Source: an uncultured Myxococcales bacterium
GTDB taxonomy: Bacteria > Desulfobacterota > Binatia > UBA1149 > SPBQ01
Length of the DNA: 63,346 nucleotides
NCBI GenBank assembly: GCA_964478045.1
Contig: CAYZHO010000002.1
Span: 1 to 63,346, forward strand
Direction of reading: 5' to 3'
The position numbers were made by a program, and so were the translations under genes. The notes below the pieces were generated by a model. It did no database searches. It saw nothing but the letters and a program-made list of their open reading frames with translations, and was not told the DNA's origin. Of this stretch, positions 44,167-52,923 are shown one piece after another (position 1 is the stretch's first letter; each line of letters opens with the position of its first letter).

Positions 44167-45005
44167 ATTCTTCCTCCCGCCTGCCGCCAGCGCACGAGCA
44201 GCCGATCGGCGATCGCACGGGCGGCGCCGTCCCGGCACGGCGCGAACGACGGCCAATCGTTGAGGTCGACGAGCACCAGCTCGCCCGACGGAGTCACGAT
44301 CAAGTCTCCTCCGAAGACTTCGAGTCCGAGGGCAGCGGCCGCCTTCTCGGCCAAGCCAGGCCAGCCGTCGGCTTGCGAACCGGAAATGGAGGCCCCGGAC
44401 TCGTCGTAAGCCCGGAAGAAACCCACTCCGCGAACCCCGTAGAACTTGATGGTGGAGCCTTCCACGTGTTCTTCGAGCAGGGCGTGCCGGATACCGCGGC
44501 GGCGAAAACCGGCAAGTACAGCCAGCGCCTCGCCGGGTGTTTCCACGCGGACGACGTCGCCCGGCTCGGTGGCGTGCACGTCGCCCCGCTTGACCCAAAC
44601 CCCCCGGCCGCACGTAGCGAACCAGCGAGCGAGAACCTCGCGGCTCGGCTCCCGCGTGTCGACCGGACGCCTGCGCGCCAGCGCGATACCGGCGCGCTCG
44701 AGTCGCACCGCCGTCTCTATTCGCCGGCAGGCCCTGATCGTGGAAGCGTCGTGGACGACCGGGCGTCCTCGCGCGCCGATCCGGGTTAGTTCGGCCAGAG
44801 CCGCAGGGCCCTGGCACATCGCGAAATATAGCTCGGCACCAACCTCGGCCGCCTCGCGGGCAGCAGTGAACAAGCAAACGCGGACGCCGCGGTCCGCAAG
44901 AGCTGCGGCGGTCGCTTCGAGGATTGCCCGGTCGGCCTCGATCTTTCCGGGGGAATACTCGGGCTCGCGAGCAATGCCGGCAAACAGTGGGGCGGGCGCG
45001 ATCAT
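44163..45005 (-). CDS. ATP-grasp-fold protein (tentative)
   Basis: ATG at 45005 (ATGA overlap). Pattern VWVKRGDVHA, ALLEEHVEGSTIKFYGV, GGDLIVTPSGELVLVDLNDWPSF resembles ATP-grasp C-terminal halves (RimK-like or inositol-phosphate-kinase-like). Assigned by eye only. Confidence 0.4.
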   Translation of the reverse strand: MIAPAPLFAGIAREPEYSPGKIEADRAILEATAAALADRGVRVCLFTAAREAAEVGAELYFAMCQGPAALAELTRIGARGRPVVHDASTIRACRRIETAVRLERAGIALARRRPVDTREPSREVLARWFATCGRGVWVKRGDVHATEPGDVVRVETPGEALAVLAGFRRRGIRHALLEEHVEGSTIKFYGVRGVGFFRAYDESGASISGSQADGWPGLAEKAAAALGLEVFGGDLIVTPSGELVLVDLNDWPSFAPCRDGAARAIADRLLVRWRQAGGRM

Positions 45006-45730
45006 GACGGTGCGCTTTCGGTTGCAATTGCTTCGGCGGTAACGATGTCCGCCGCCCGGTCGACGTCGGCGGCCGGGCCGACGTCGACCGCTCTCAGACG
45101 TATCCCAGTAGCGGGCAGTTGCGCAAGCAAATCGCGGAGGCGGCCGGATGCGGGCTGTGGATGGGCGGCGGCGCGAGCAAGGGCGCACCCGGGCAGGACG
45201 TACAGGCCGGCTGTACAGAGCGGGCTGTGCGCCGCGCCGGACCCGATTGCCTTCACCCAGCCTTTCCGGCCGACGGCCACACGCAGCGGCCGCTCGTCGC
45301 CGGCGGCACTGGTCACCGCAACCAGCCCGTCCGCCCGAGCACCCGGCAAACCGCGCACCTCGGCGGCAAAGCGGCTCAGTCCCGCGCGGCATACGACGCC
45401 GTCGGTCATAGCCAGGGCGAAGGTCCCGCTGCGGCCGCTAGCGAGAAGCCGGCGCCCGACCAGCGCGAACGTCTCCAGACTCGAAGCAGTGGAACACGCG
45501 AGCCATTCGATTGGCCGCGCTGCTCGCAGGCCTTCGATCCGGGCCACGACTTCGCGCGCCATAGCCTCGTTTACGGCGATCAAGAACTGCTCGGCACCGC
45601 AGGCTGCCAGCGAATCGAGCGCGTGGAGCAACAGCGGGCGCCCGCCGACCTCCACTAGGGGCTTTGCCACGGCGACGCCGCTTGCCTTCAGCCGCTCACC
45701 AGCTCCTGCAGCCAGCACGATGCCCACCAT
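45002..45730 (-). CDS. Sugar/alcohol-phosphate nucleotidyltransferase (NTP_transferase fold)
   Basis: The ATG at 45730 gives MVGIVLAAGAGERLK....KPLVEVGGRPLL, the canonical LAAGxGxRL...KPL signature. Confidence 0.75.
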   Translation of the reverse strand: MVGIVLAAGAGERLKASGVAVAKPLVEVGGRPLLLHALDSLAACGAEQFLIAVNEAMAREVVARIEGLRAARPIEWLACSTASSLETFALVGRRLLASGRSGTFALAMTDGVVCRAGLSRFAAEVRGLPGARADGLVAVTSAAGDERPLRVAVGRKGWVKAIGSGAAHSPLCTAGLYVLPGCALARAAAHPQPASGRLRDLLAQLPATGIRLRAVDVGPAADVDRAADIVTAEAIATESAPS

Positions 45731-46497
45731 CACTGTGCTGCGGCCTCCGGGTCGAGCGCGGCCACGGAAGAAACCCAAGCATCCACGCCCGCACTCCAAT
45801 CGGAAGGCGGCTGCGGAGAAACCAAGATCGCCGCAACGCCCGCACTGCGAGCCGCCGCCACGTCGCGATCGATGCGGTCACCCACCGCCGCCAGCGAGCC
45901 AGGCATGCAAGCGAATGCTCGCAGGACCGGGGCGAAGACTTTCCCGTCCGGCTTCCAGACACCGGCTTCCGTGGAATCGACAACCACCTCGAAGAAGTCC
46001 GCCAGCCCGTGTTCCGCCAGCAAGACTCTGGTATTGCCGCATCCGTTCGACACTACGGCCAGGCGCACGCACTCGGCCAGGCGGGCAAGCAGCGACCGGC
46101 GCGATTCGAGCGCACCTTTGGCATCCAGCCAAAACTTCTCTGCAACGGCGTGCGCCGACTGCGAGTCGGCCCCGAGAACCCGCGCCTGCGCGCGGACGTG
46201 CGCTTCCACCATGTCAGCAAGCCTCAGTTGGCGAGCCCGCGGATGTTCGAGAACTGCCCTGTCGCCACAATCGATGGCCGCGTCGATGCGCTCTTGCGGC
46301 ACGCCGGGCTCACGCGCCCGCCATAGTGAACGAAAGCGGTCGCGCCAGGACAAGCCATCGGCATCAAGGGTGCCACCGAAGTCGAAGGCCAGTCCTACGA
46401 TCGATCGGCCGGGGGCTCCCACGTGCAACGACCCGCGGCCGTCCCACTCCAGACCCAAGGCGCCGGCTCCCCGCGGGCCGTTATCGACCGAGGGCAT
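45730..46497 (-). CDS. HAD-superfamily hydrolase with an atypical motif I
   Basis: Motif I reads FDFGGTLD, so the second Asp of DxDxT is replaced by Gly. Motif II VVSNG. Motif IV GDRIDRDV. The start was chosen at ATG 46497. The listed longer ORF overlaps the upstream gene. Confidence 0.6.
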   Translation of the reverse strand: MPSVDNGPRGAGALGLEWDGRGSLHVGAPGRSIVGLAFDFGGTLDADGLSWRDRFRSLWRAREPGVPQERIDAAIDCGDRAVLEHPRARQLRLADMVEAHVRAQARVLGADSQSAHAVAEKFWLDAKGALESRRSLLARLAECVRLAVVSNGCGNTRVLLAEHGLADFFEVVVDSTEAGVWKPDGKVFAPVLRAFACMPGSLAAVGDRIDRDVAAARSAGVAAILVSPQPPSDWSAGVDAWVSSVAALDPEAAAQ

Positions 46498-47632
46498 CGC
46501 GATCACCTGCGGGCTCGGAACTCGCGAGCCACTGCCTGGCCAACTGCTCGGAGAAGAAGAACCGCAAGACCAACAGCGCGGCGGCAAACGCAAACGTTCC
46601 CGGGGCCGCCAGCCAGACAAACCAGTGCAGCCGGTCTATCAAAGAAAGCACGAGAATCAGATACACGAAGTCCCGGCTGCTCGCCCGCTCGTACAACGCG
46701 CGCGCACGATCCCCTACCCCAGCCCGCTCGAGCCATCTCGCAAACCACAGTCCCACACTCGCAGCGACCGCCATCCCGGCCAGCGCCGTCCACGCCACCC
46801 AAGCCGGCGCCTTGCCCGCACGCACGGCCCCGACCCCGAGCGCTGCGAAGACGGCAGCGTTGACGGCGTTGTCTCCAAGCAGATCGAGGCGGCGGCCGCT
46901 CGGGGACGCAGTAAGCGTAAGGCGTGCGACCTCACCGTCGCAACCGTCCAAGATCGTCGAAAGAACCACGAGCGCCGCGCCAACGACCGACCTGCTCGTC
47001 CCCGGTGAGGCGAGCCAAACCGCCCCCCAGAGTCCGATCGCTGTTGCAGCCATCGTGATCGCATTCGGGGAAACCCCCCAGCGAACCAGCCACGGCGAGA
47101 TTCGAGTCGATATCGAGCGGTCGAAGTAGCGCGCCAGCAATCCGTCGGTGTCTTGCCACATCGTAGCGAGCAGCCGCGCACTCGCCTCCCGTGCTTCCCT
47201 GGCACTGCGCACGCGCATGCAAAACTCGCCGGCTGGCCACCAGCGCGCGACTCCGCTTTCGAGAAGCTGCCGGGCCAGCTCGCCTAGTTCGTCCGCATCG
47301 CGCGGCCGGCAGTCGACGTCTGGCGGCAGTGCCACGGCTACCGCCGGCCGCTCCGGCGAAGAGCCGGCAACCACCACATTGGCCTGCGCTTCCCGGCACA
47401 GACTCAACAACGTCTCTTCGCCTATAACGGCGTCGCCCGCGACGAAGACTCGTCCTGCCGGCTGGCCGCCCGTCCGCTCCTCGAGGCGCCGGTTAGCCAA
47501 GTTTACGGCGCGGGCTAGGCGCTCGCCCACCGGCATCCCAGCCACCCGGTGGCCCTGCTCGCCGGCAGCCGGGACGACGACAATCGGCCCGTTGGGCGGC
47601 CGACCGTTTGAGCGCCCTTCCACCGCCTTCAC
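46481..47632 (-). CDS. Fusion of a degenerate nucleotidyltransferase-like N-domain with a CDP-alcohol phosphatidyltransferase
   Basis: Complete D1xxD2GxxAR-x8-GxxxD3xxxD4 motif (LDGCDGEVAR LTLTASPS GRRLDLLGD). Multiple TM helices. The N-terminal ~190 aa resemble an NTP-transferase fold but lack the GxGxR signature. GTG start in a GTGA overlap. Confidence 0.75.
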   Translation of the reverse strand: MKAVEGRSNGRPPNGPIVVVPAAGEQGHRVAGMPVGERLARAVNLANRRLEERTGGQPAGRVFVAGDAVIGEETLLSLCREAQANVVVAGSSPERPAVAVALPPDVDCRPRDADELGELARQLLESGVARWWPAGEFCMRVRSAREAREASARLLATMWQDTDGLLARYFDRSISTRISPWLVRWGVSPNAITMAATAIGLWGAVWLASPGTSRSVVGAALVVLSTILDGCDGEVARLTLTASPSGRRLDLLGDNAVNAAVFAALGVGAVRAGKAPAWVAWTALAGMAVAASVGLWFARWLERAGVGDRARALYERASSRDFVYLILVLSLIDRLHWFVWLAAPGTFAFAAALLVLRFFFSEQLARQWLASSEPAGDRDALGR

Positions 47633-48606
47633 CGCCTAGCCCGAATCGCCGCAGTGCGGCCGGCAATCAAAAATGGAAAGAGCAGCATACCGAGGCCCGC
47701 GTAAAAGATTTGTTCAATTCGAAGGACGACGCCGTAGGACAGGCCCGCCGATTGCGGGAGGCCGAGCAACGCGAACACCAGCATGCGACCTCCCTCTTGT
47801 GCGCCAACCCCGGCAGGCACTGCAAACGCGGCGATGTCGATCAGCGTTCCGATCATCCAAATCGCGGCAGCAAACAACCACGACGCCCGGCCGACGACCC
47901 ACCACAGGAACAGCCACGTCGCTCCGATTCCGACCGCGAGTCCGGCCACGTGCCACAAAATCGAAGCAACCAGCGCCCAGGGATGCTCCCGATAGTAGGC
48001 GCGCAGGTCTTCATCGACGTCACCTGCGACTTTGAGTGCCCGCTCTCCCAATCGCCGGCCGAGCACCCGCCGCACGAGCCAGCCCATACGACCGGTGAGC
48101 TGAAACCAGAAGAAACCGAAACAACCGATCCCCACGGCCGCGCCGGTTACGAACAACGCGCTGGCAAGCCTTCGATCGAGCGGGATCCACCAGGCGAGTA
48201 CCGCGGTCCCCAACCCGGCTAGGCCCAGTTGGGCCGCCACGTACGAAAGCTTGTCCACCATCACCCCGGCAGCCGCGGCCGAACGTGGAATCCATCGCTC
48301 GAGCAGTGCGACTTTGGCAACCTCGCCCCCGATCGAGGCCGTCGGCGTCAAGTAGTTGACCGCCGTCCCGGCGTTGCGCACTCCCCACAGAGCGGCAAGC
48401 GGTACCGTACGGCGGCCGCGCGCGAACGCCAGCCGCATCCCGAACGAGTGGAAAACGTCGGCCACCGCCTCGAGCGCGACGAACAGGGCCAATCCCCAGC
48501 CGAAGCGTTCGACGTCGGCCCACAGTCGTGCGGGACCGGTCCGGGCCACCAGGTACGCCAACAACAACAGCCCGGCGCCGAAGAGGATTGCGTGCACCCT
48601 TTTCAT
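47629..48606 (-). CDS. Polytopic membrane protein, LPG-synthase-TM / flippase-like (UPF0104-like)
   Basis: About 8 hydrophobic helices. The N-terminus KRVHAILFGAGLLLLAYLV and overall pattern resemble the flippase-like domain family. 4-nt overlaps at both ends. Confidence 0.5.
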   Translation of the reverse strand: MKRVHAILFGAGLLLLAYLVARTGPARLWADVERFGWGLALFVALEAVADVFHSFGMRLAFARGRRTVPLAALWGVRNAGTAVNYLTPTASIGGEVAKVALLERWIPRSAAAAGVMVDKLSYVAAQLGLAGLGTAVLAWWIPLDRRLASALFVTGAAVGIGCFGFFWFQLTGRMGWLVRRVLGRRLGERALKVAGDVDEDLRAYYREHPWALVASILWHVAGLAVGIGATWLFLWWVVGRASWLFAAAIWMIGTLIDIAAFAVPAGVGAQEGGRMLVFALLGLPQSAGLSYGVVLRIEQIFYAGLGMLLFPFLIAGRTAAIRARR

Positions 48607-49859
48607 CGATCACCATTGGCCGCCGGCGCTTGCCTGCCCGGCCTTCGGCCCGCGGCTGCCAGCGAAGCTCGGTGCCGAGCAGCCCACAGTAGTCGCGCGC
48701 TGTGGACTACCCCCGTGCACACGGCCCACGCTCCTGCCGCCACGAACCCCTCGTACAGCCGGCCTGCAACGGCGCACAGGAGCAGCATGGCAACATAGAT
48801 ATTTCGCCGTCCCGCGATCAACCGAAAGTGCTCGTCGAAGCGGCCGAGCAGGTCGAGGGGGCAGCCCAGCCACCGGTGGCCGAGCGTGTAGGCGATTTCG
48901 TCGGCCAGATTTCCGCCCAACAGTAAGCCGCCCCACAACAGGGCAGCCGCGCCCTTGGTGCCGTAAAACCACCAGGTCAAAGCGAACCACCAGGCGTTCT
49001 CATAGAGAAAGTCGAAATAAGACTCCCACTCGCCCAGCGCCGAGTATTCCAGGCGCAGCCGGGCCAGCTTCCCGTCGACACCGTCGAGCCACTCGACCAA
49101 GTACATCAGCGGGAAAGCGGCCACGAAGGCTCCCTTGGCCAGTAGGACGGCGGCAAGCAATCCGATCCCCGTGCACGCGAAAGTCACCTGGTTCGGAGTG
49201 ACGCGGGTTGGGGCGAGCCATGCGAGCAAGACGTTTTCGAACGGAGGATCGAGCCAACGAGCCGGCGCGTCCATGACGTGTTTTTGAGTCGCCCGAATCA
49301 GGGCTCTGCCGAGCTCCGCCGCACTGCGCGCACCGGACACGCGGTGCAGGAAGATCGGCACCGGACCGCGCATTTCTTCGGAAAAGGTGTCCAGCGAGCG
49401 GGGATCGATCCGCTCGATCTCGGCATCGCCCGCGGAGCCTCCCGCGAGAATTCCAAGGCGCTCCGGCGGCAATAGCCCAACCGCGATCTCCTGGCTTCCT
49501 TCGGCCGTCGGCTGCACAATGGCCGGCCGGCCGCGCGCCAGCAGCAGCTCGATGATGCGCCGGTCTACGACGAAATCGGCTGCCGCGAACAAGCAATAGC
49601 CGGTCAAGCCAAGATCCGGCTCGACCAGCTCGCCGAGCGGTACCGCCCCGCTGGCCTGCAGCACCCGCAGTTTCGTTCGCCGGTCGCGGGCACCGAAATC
49701 CTCTGGAGCGCACGGGCGCTCGACCACTACGACGATATCGTGCACCCCTTCGAGCTCGAAAAGACGCACGAGCCGAGTGACGCAGGGAATACCACCCACT
49801 CGCATCCAGGCCCCACCGCGCCGTGCATCGAGCAACCCGGTTACGCCGCTTGCCGCCAC
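48603..49859 (-). CDS. Second nucleotidyltransferase-like / CDP-alcohol phosphatidyltransferase fusion, with a deviant catalytic motif
   Basis: The first half of the motif is intact (LDGVDGKLAR). The second half reads GEWESYFDF, so D3 and D4 are not at canonical spacing. TM-rich C-terminus. The start is uncertain (GTG 49859 or ATG 49805). Confidence 0.65.
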   Translation of the reverse strand: MAASGVTGLLDARRGGAWMRVGGIPCVTRLVRLFELEGVHDIVVVVERPCAPEDFGARDRRTKLRVLQASGAVPLGELVEPDLGLTGYCLFAAADFVVDRRIIELLLARGRPAIVQPTAEGSQEIAVGLLPPERLGILAGGSAGDAEIERIDPRSLDTFSEEMRGPVPIFLHRVSGARSAAELGRALIRATQKHVMDAPARWLDPPFENVLLAWLAPTRVTPNQVTFACTGIGLLAAVLLAKGAFVAAFPLMYLVEWLDGVDGKLARLRLEYSALGEWESYFDFLYENAWWFALTWWFYGTKGAAALLWGGLLLGGNLADEIAYTLGHRWLGCPLDLLGRFDEHFRLIAGRRNIYVAMLLLCAVAGRLYEGFVAAGAWAVCTGVVHSARLLWAARHRASLAAAGRRPGRQAPAANGDR

Positions 49860-49875
49860 CGCCGGTCTCGCTTGC

Positions 49876-51069
49876 CTACTCGACCCGCAGGGCCTCCACC
49901 AGGTTGAGCTGGGAGGCTCGGCGGGCGGGGTAGAACCCGAAGAACACGCCGACCGCCATCGAGACCCCGGCCGCCACTACCACGCTCGCCGCCGACACCG
50001 GGACTTCGACCCCGTAGAGCATCCCGACGTACCAGGGAAGTCCCACACCGAGCGCGATCCCAGCCGCTCCGCCGCCCGCCGCCAGGATCGCCGCCTCGAG
50101 CAGAAACTGAGCCAGAATGTCGCGCCGGCGCGCTCCTATTGCCATGCGGATGCCGATTTCACGGGTGCGCTCGGCCACCGTAACGAACATGATGTTCATG
50201 ATGCCAATCCCACCGACCAACAACGAAACCGCCGCGATGACGACCAAGCCCAAGGTGATCGCGTCCGAAATCCGCCGCACCAACGCCAAGTAACGCTCGA
50301 GCGACTCGACTTTGAAACTGTCGATGCGCTCGTGCCGCTGGGCCAGCACCCGGCGAATCGACCGAACGACACCGGGCACCTGCTCGGCACTTGCCGCCTG
50401 AAAGTATACGACGTCGACCCACTGCAGCCCGGACAGATTGCGTTCGGTCGAAAACGGAACGATTGCAGTCAGTCCCGCCGCCTCGCTTTTGTGTACGGCC
50501 GCGGCGCTTTCCACCGCTTCTCGGAACACGCCCACGACCCGAAACCGCACGTCGTAGAGGCGGATCCACGCGTCTTCGAGCCGCCCTCCAGGTAGCAACT
50601 CCTCCGCAAGCTCGCGCGAGACGACCGCCACTTTTGCCGCTCGTTCTTCTTCGGCCTGCGTCAGGAAGCGGCCCCGCTCGATGATTAGGTTTCGAACCCG
50701 CGCGTAAGAGGGCGGCGCGCCGAGCACCGTAATCACGCGAGGCCGCCCGCGAAGCGACACGGTCTGGCTGTCGTTGAGAACCGGCGCCACGGCTACGACG
50801 CCGCGCACGGAGGTGGCCAGGGCACGTGCATCTTCAAAGGTCAGCTCTTGGGGGTTTAGGCCATCGCCGGTTCCATACGCGAAGACAAGATTGGCCCCCA
50901 CGCCCTCGATCTGCCGGATCACGTACGCCCGACCGACCAGACCGATCGACACTACGGCGACGACGCTCGCCGTGCCGATGGCGATTCCGAGCATCGTCAG
51001 AGCCGAACGGCCTTTTTGTGCCGCCAGTCCGTCGGCCGCAAAGCGCAGGAGCAGTTCAAGCCAGGCCAT
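49876..51069 (-). CDS. ABC transporter permease, FtsX/MacB-type
   Basis: N-terminal TM helix, a large periplasmic domain, then three C-terminal TM helices. Start LRFAADGLAAQKGRSALTMLGIAIGTASVV is typical of MacB/LolC-type permeases. Confidence 0.8.
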   Translation of the reverse strand: MAWLELLLRFAADGLAAQKGRSALTMLGIAIGTASVVAVVSIGLVGRAYVIRQIEGVGANLVFAYGTGDGLNPQELTFEDARALATSVRGVVAVAPVLNDSQTVSLRGRPRVITVLGAPPSYARVRNLIIERGRFLTQAEEERAAKVAVVSRELAEELLPGGRLEDAWIRLYDVRFRVVGVFREAVESAAAVHKSEAAGLTAIVPFSTERNLSGLQWVDVVYFQAASAEQVPGVVRSIRRVLAQRHERIDSFKVESLERYLALVRRISDAITLGLVVIAAVSLLVGGIGIMNIMFVTVAERTREIGIRMAIGARRRDILAQFLLEAAILAAGGGAAGIALGVGLPWYVGMLYGVEVPVSAASVVVAAGVSMAVGVFFGFYPARRASQLNLVEALRVE

Positions 51070-51754
51070 CGTGAATCCGCCCGTCGCGCACCCGGACGAT
51101 GCGCTCTCCGGCCGCTGCGACTTCCGGGTCGTGGGTGACCAAGACGATGGTCGCGCCGCGCCGGTGCAAGTCGCGAAACACCTCGAGAATCTCGCGGGCC
51201 GTGGCGGAGTCGAGCGCGCCGGTGGGCTCGTCGGCGAGCAGAACCGAAGGATCGTTGATGAGCGCCCGTGCGATCGCCGCTCGCTGGCGCTGGCCCACCG
51301 ACAGCTCGGCAGGGCGATGATCGAGCCGGTCCCCGAGCCCGAGCTGCTCGAGACGCTCGCGCGCGGCGCGCCGGCACTCGGCCGGAGACCGGTCGCGCGC
51401 GTACAAAGCCGGCAGCGCTACGTTGTCGAGCACGCTCAGTTGGCCGAGCAAATGAAAAGACTGGAACACGAAACCGACCTCGCGGTTTCGCAAGCGGGCG
51501 AGCTCGTCGCTCGAGGCCCTGGAAACCACGCGCCCGTCGAACCGATAGGTACCTTCATAGTCGGCGTCGAGGAACCCGAGGATGTGCAGGAGTGTCGATT
51601 TGCCCGAGCCCGATGGACCCATGATGACGACGAACTCCCCGCGCCGGACCTCGAGCGTAACCGCGCGCAGCGCGACCACCGGGACACCTTCGCGATCGTA
51701 AACCTTGGAAACCGAATCGAGGCGGATCACGGACCCTTTGGGCCGAGCGCTCAC
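51056..51754 (-). CDS. ABC transporter ATP-binding protein (MacB/LolD-type)
   Basis: GTG at 51754 (GTGA overlap with the adaptor stop). Walker A GPSGSGKST, signature LSVGQRQR, Walker B LLADEPTGALD. Confidence 0.9.
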   Translation of the reverse strand: MSARPKGSVIRLDSVSKVYDREGVPVVALRAVTLEVRRGEFVVIMGPSGSGKSTLLHILGFLDADYEGTYRFDGRVVSRASSDELARLRNREVGFVFQSFHLLGQLSVLDNVALPALYARDRSPAECRRAARERLEQLGLGDRLDHRPAELSVGQRQRAAIARALINDPSVLLADEPTGALDSATAREILEVFRDLHRRGATIVLVTHDPEVAAAGERIVRVRDGRIHDGLA

Positions 51755-52923
51755 GAACCCGCGCTCGTTTCCACGGCTTCGACCTGTACCCGCATACCGT
51801 CGCTCAGCCCTTCGCGCGGGCTTAGGACGACGCGGTCGCCCGGTTTCAGGCCCGAGAGGACCTCGACGTCGAGCGCACTGGCTCTGCCGGTCTCGATCGC
51901 AACGCGGCCGAGGCGGTTGCCCACGACCCGATACGCGTAGGACCTCCCCTCTTCGACGAACACGGCTTCGGCCGGGATTTGCAAGGCATCGCTGATCCGT
52001 TCGACGATGATCTCCACGTCGACGATCATTCCCGGCACCAACCCCTCGGGCGCTTGAATCAACTCGAGCAGCGCCTCGGACACGGAACGGCTTTCTTTCT
52101 TCTTCACGTGCGGAATGACTCGGGCAACCCGCGCCGGCACTGCACGCCGGCCGAGCGCGTCCGAGCGAATCACTGCTTCCTGTCCCTCTCGCACGCGCCC
52201 GAGGTCGACTTGATCGACGTTGGCCCGGACCCGCAAGTGGCCGAGGTCGGCGACCCACAGAAGGGGATCGCCCGCGCGCACTACTTGCCCTTGCTCGACT
52301 TGGCGCCGGTAAACCGTGCCCGCAAAGGAAGCCCGAACGCGGGCGGCTTCGAGTCGAGCTTGAAGGTCTTCGATGCGCAGGTCGAGCGACTCGAGTTCGA
52401 GCGGAATCTGGCGCTGCAAGTTCTGGTAGCGGCTCTCGGCCTCTGCCAGGGCCCGTTCACTGAGCCGGTATGCCTCGGGCGCTAGCGCCCCGGCCTCGAG
52501 CAGATCCCGGTCCACACGAACGCGCTCTCGGGCCTGCTCGACGGCATCCTTGGCCTGCTCGAGTCGCGCGACCGCTTCGATTCGCCGCGACCGCGCCTCC
52601 TTGAGTTCGGCCTCCACGCGGCGGGCGTCGATCCGCACGAGCACTTCACCCGGCGCCACCTTCGTGCCTTCCTCGACCACGAACAATACGCGACCGTCGA
52701 GGCCGGCTCGCACTTCGGTTTCTCTAGCGGGCTCCACGGTCCCGTTCGTCACCACCGTAACTACCAGTGGCCGGCGCTCGACCGCCGTTGCTCGTACCAC
52801 AATCGGCCGCTCGCGCGCGAGCCACGCTGTGGCCAACAGGCCCGCGCAGGCGGCGGCCGCAATCCAAACAGGCTTGTTAGTCCGTCGCCCTGCCACGGCA
52901 CGAACACCGGCACCGGCCGCCAT
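51751..52923 (-). CDS. Periplasmic adaptor (membrane fusion protein, HlyD/MacA-like)
   Basis: TM/signal anchor (VWIAAAACAGLLATAWL), a long coiled-coil region (EAELKEARSRRIEAVARLEQAKD...) and beta-barrel-like ends. The start is uncertain (ATG 52923 chosen). Confidence 0.75.
   Translation of the reverse strand: MAAGAGVRAVAGRRTNKPVWIAAAACAGLLATAWLARERPIVVRATAVERRPLVVTVVTNGTVEPARETEVRAGLDGRVLFVVEEGTKVAPGEVLVRIDARRVEAELKEARSRRIEAVARLEQAKDAVEQARERVRVDRDLLEAGALAPEAYRLSERALAEAESRYQNLQRQIPLELESLDLRIEDLQARLEAARVRASFAGTVYRRQVEQGQVVRAGDPLLWVADLGHLRVRANVDQVDLGRVREGQEAVIRSDALGRRAVPARVARVIPHVKKKESRSVSEALLELIQAPEGLVPGMIVDVEIIVERISDALQIPAEAVFVEEGRSYAYRVVGNRLGRVAIETGRASALDVEVLSGLKPGDRVVLSPREGLSDGMRVQVEAVETSAGS

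Noticed and set aside
45045-47129. Very long antisense ORFs: 45045-47129 (+) 694 aa, 56704-58746 (+) 680 aa, 23922-25871 (+) 649 aa, 15600-17546 (-) 648 aa, 42766-44409 (+) 547 aa, 1163-2680 (-) 505 aa, and many shorter ones.
   Set aside because: These are typical shadow ORFs of high-GC DNA. They lie opposite genes with strong family motifs. Their translations are dominated by R/P/A/G/S and contain no recognisable motif or signal sequence.
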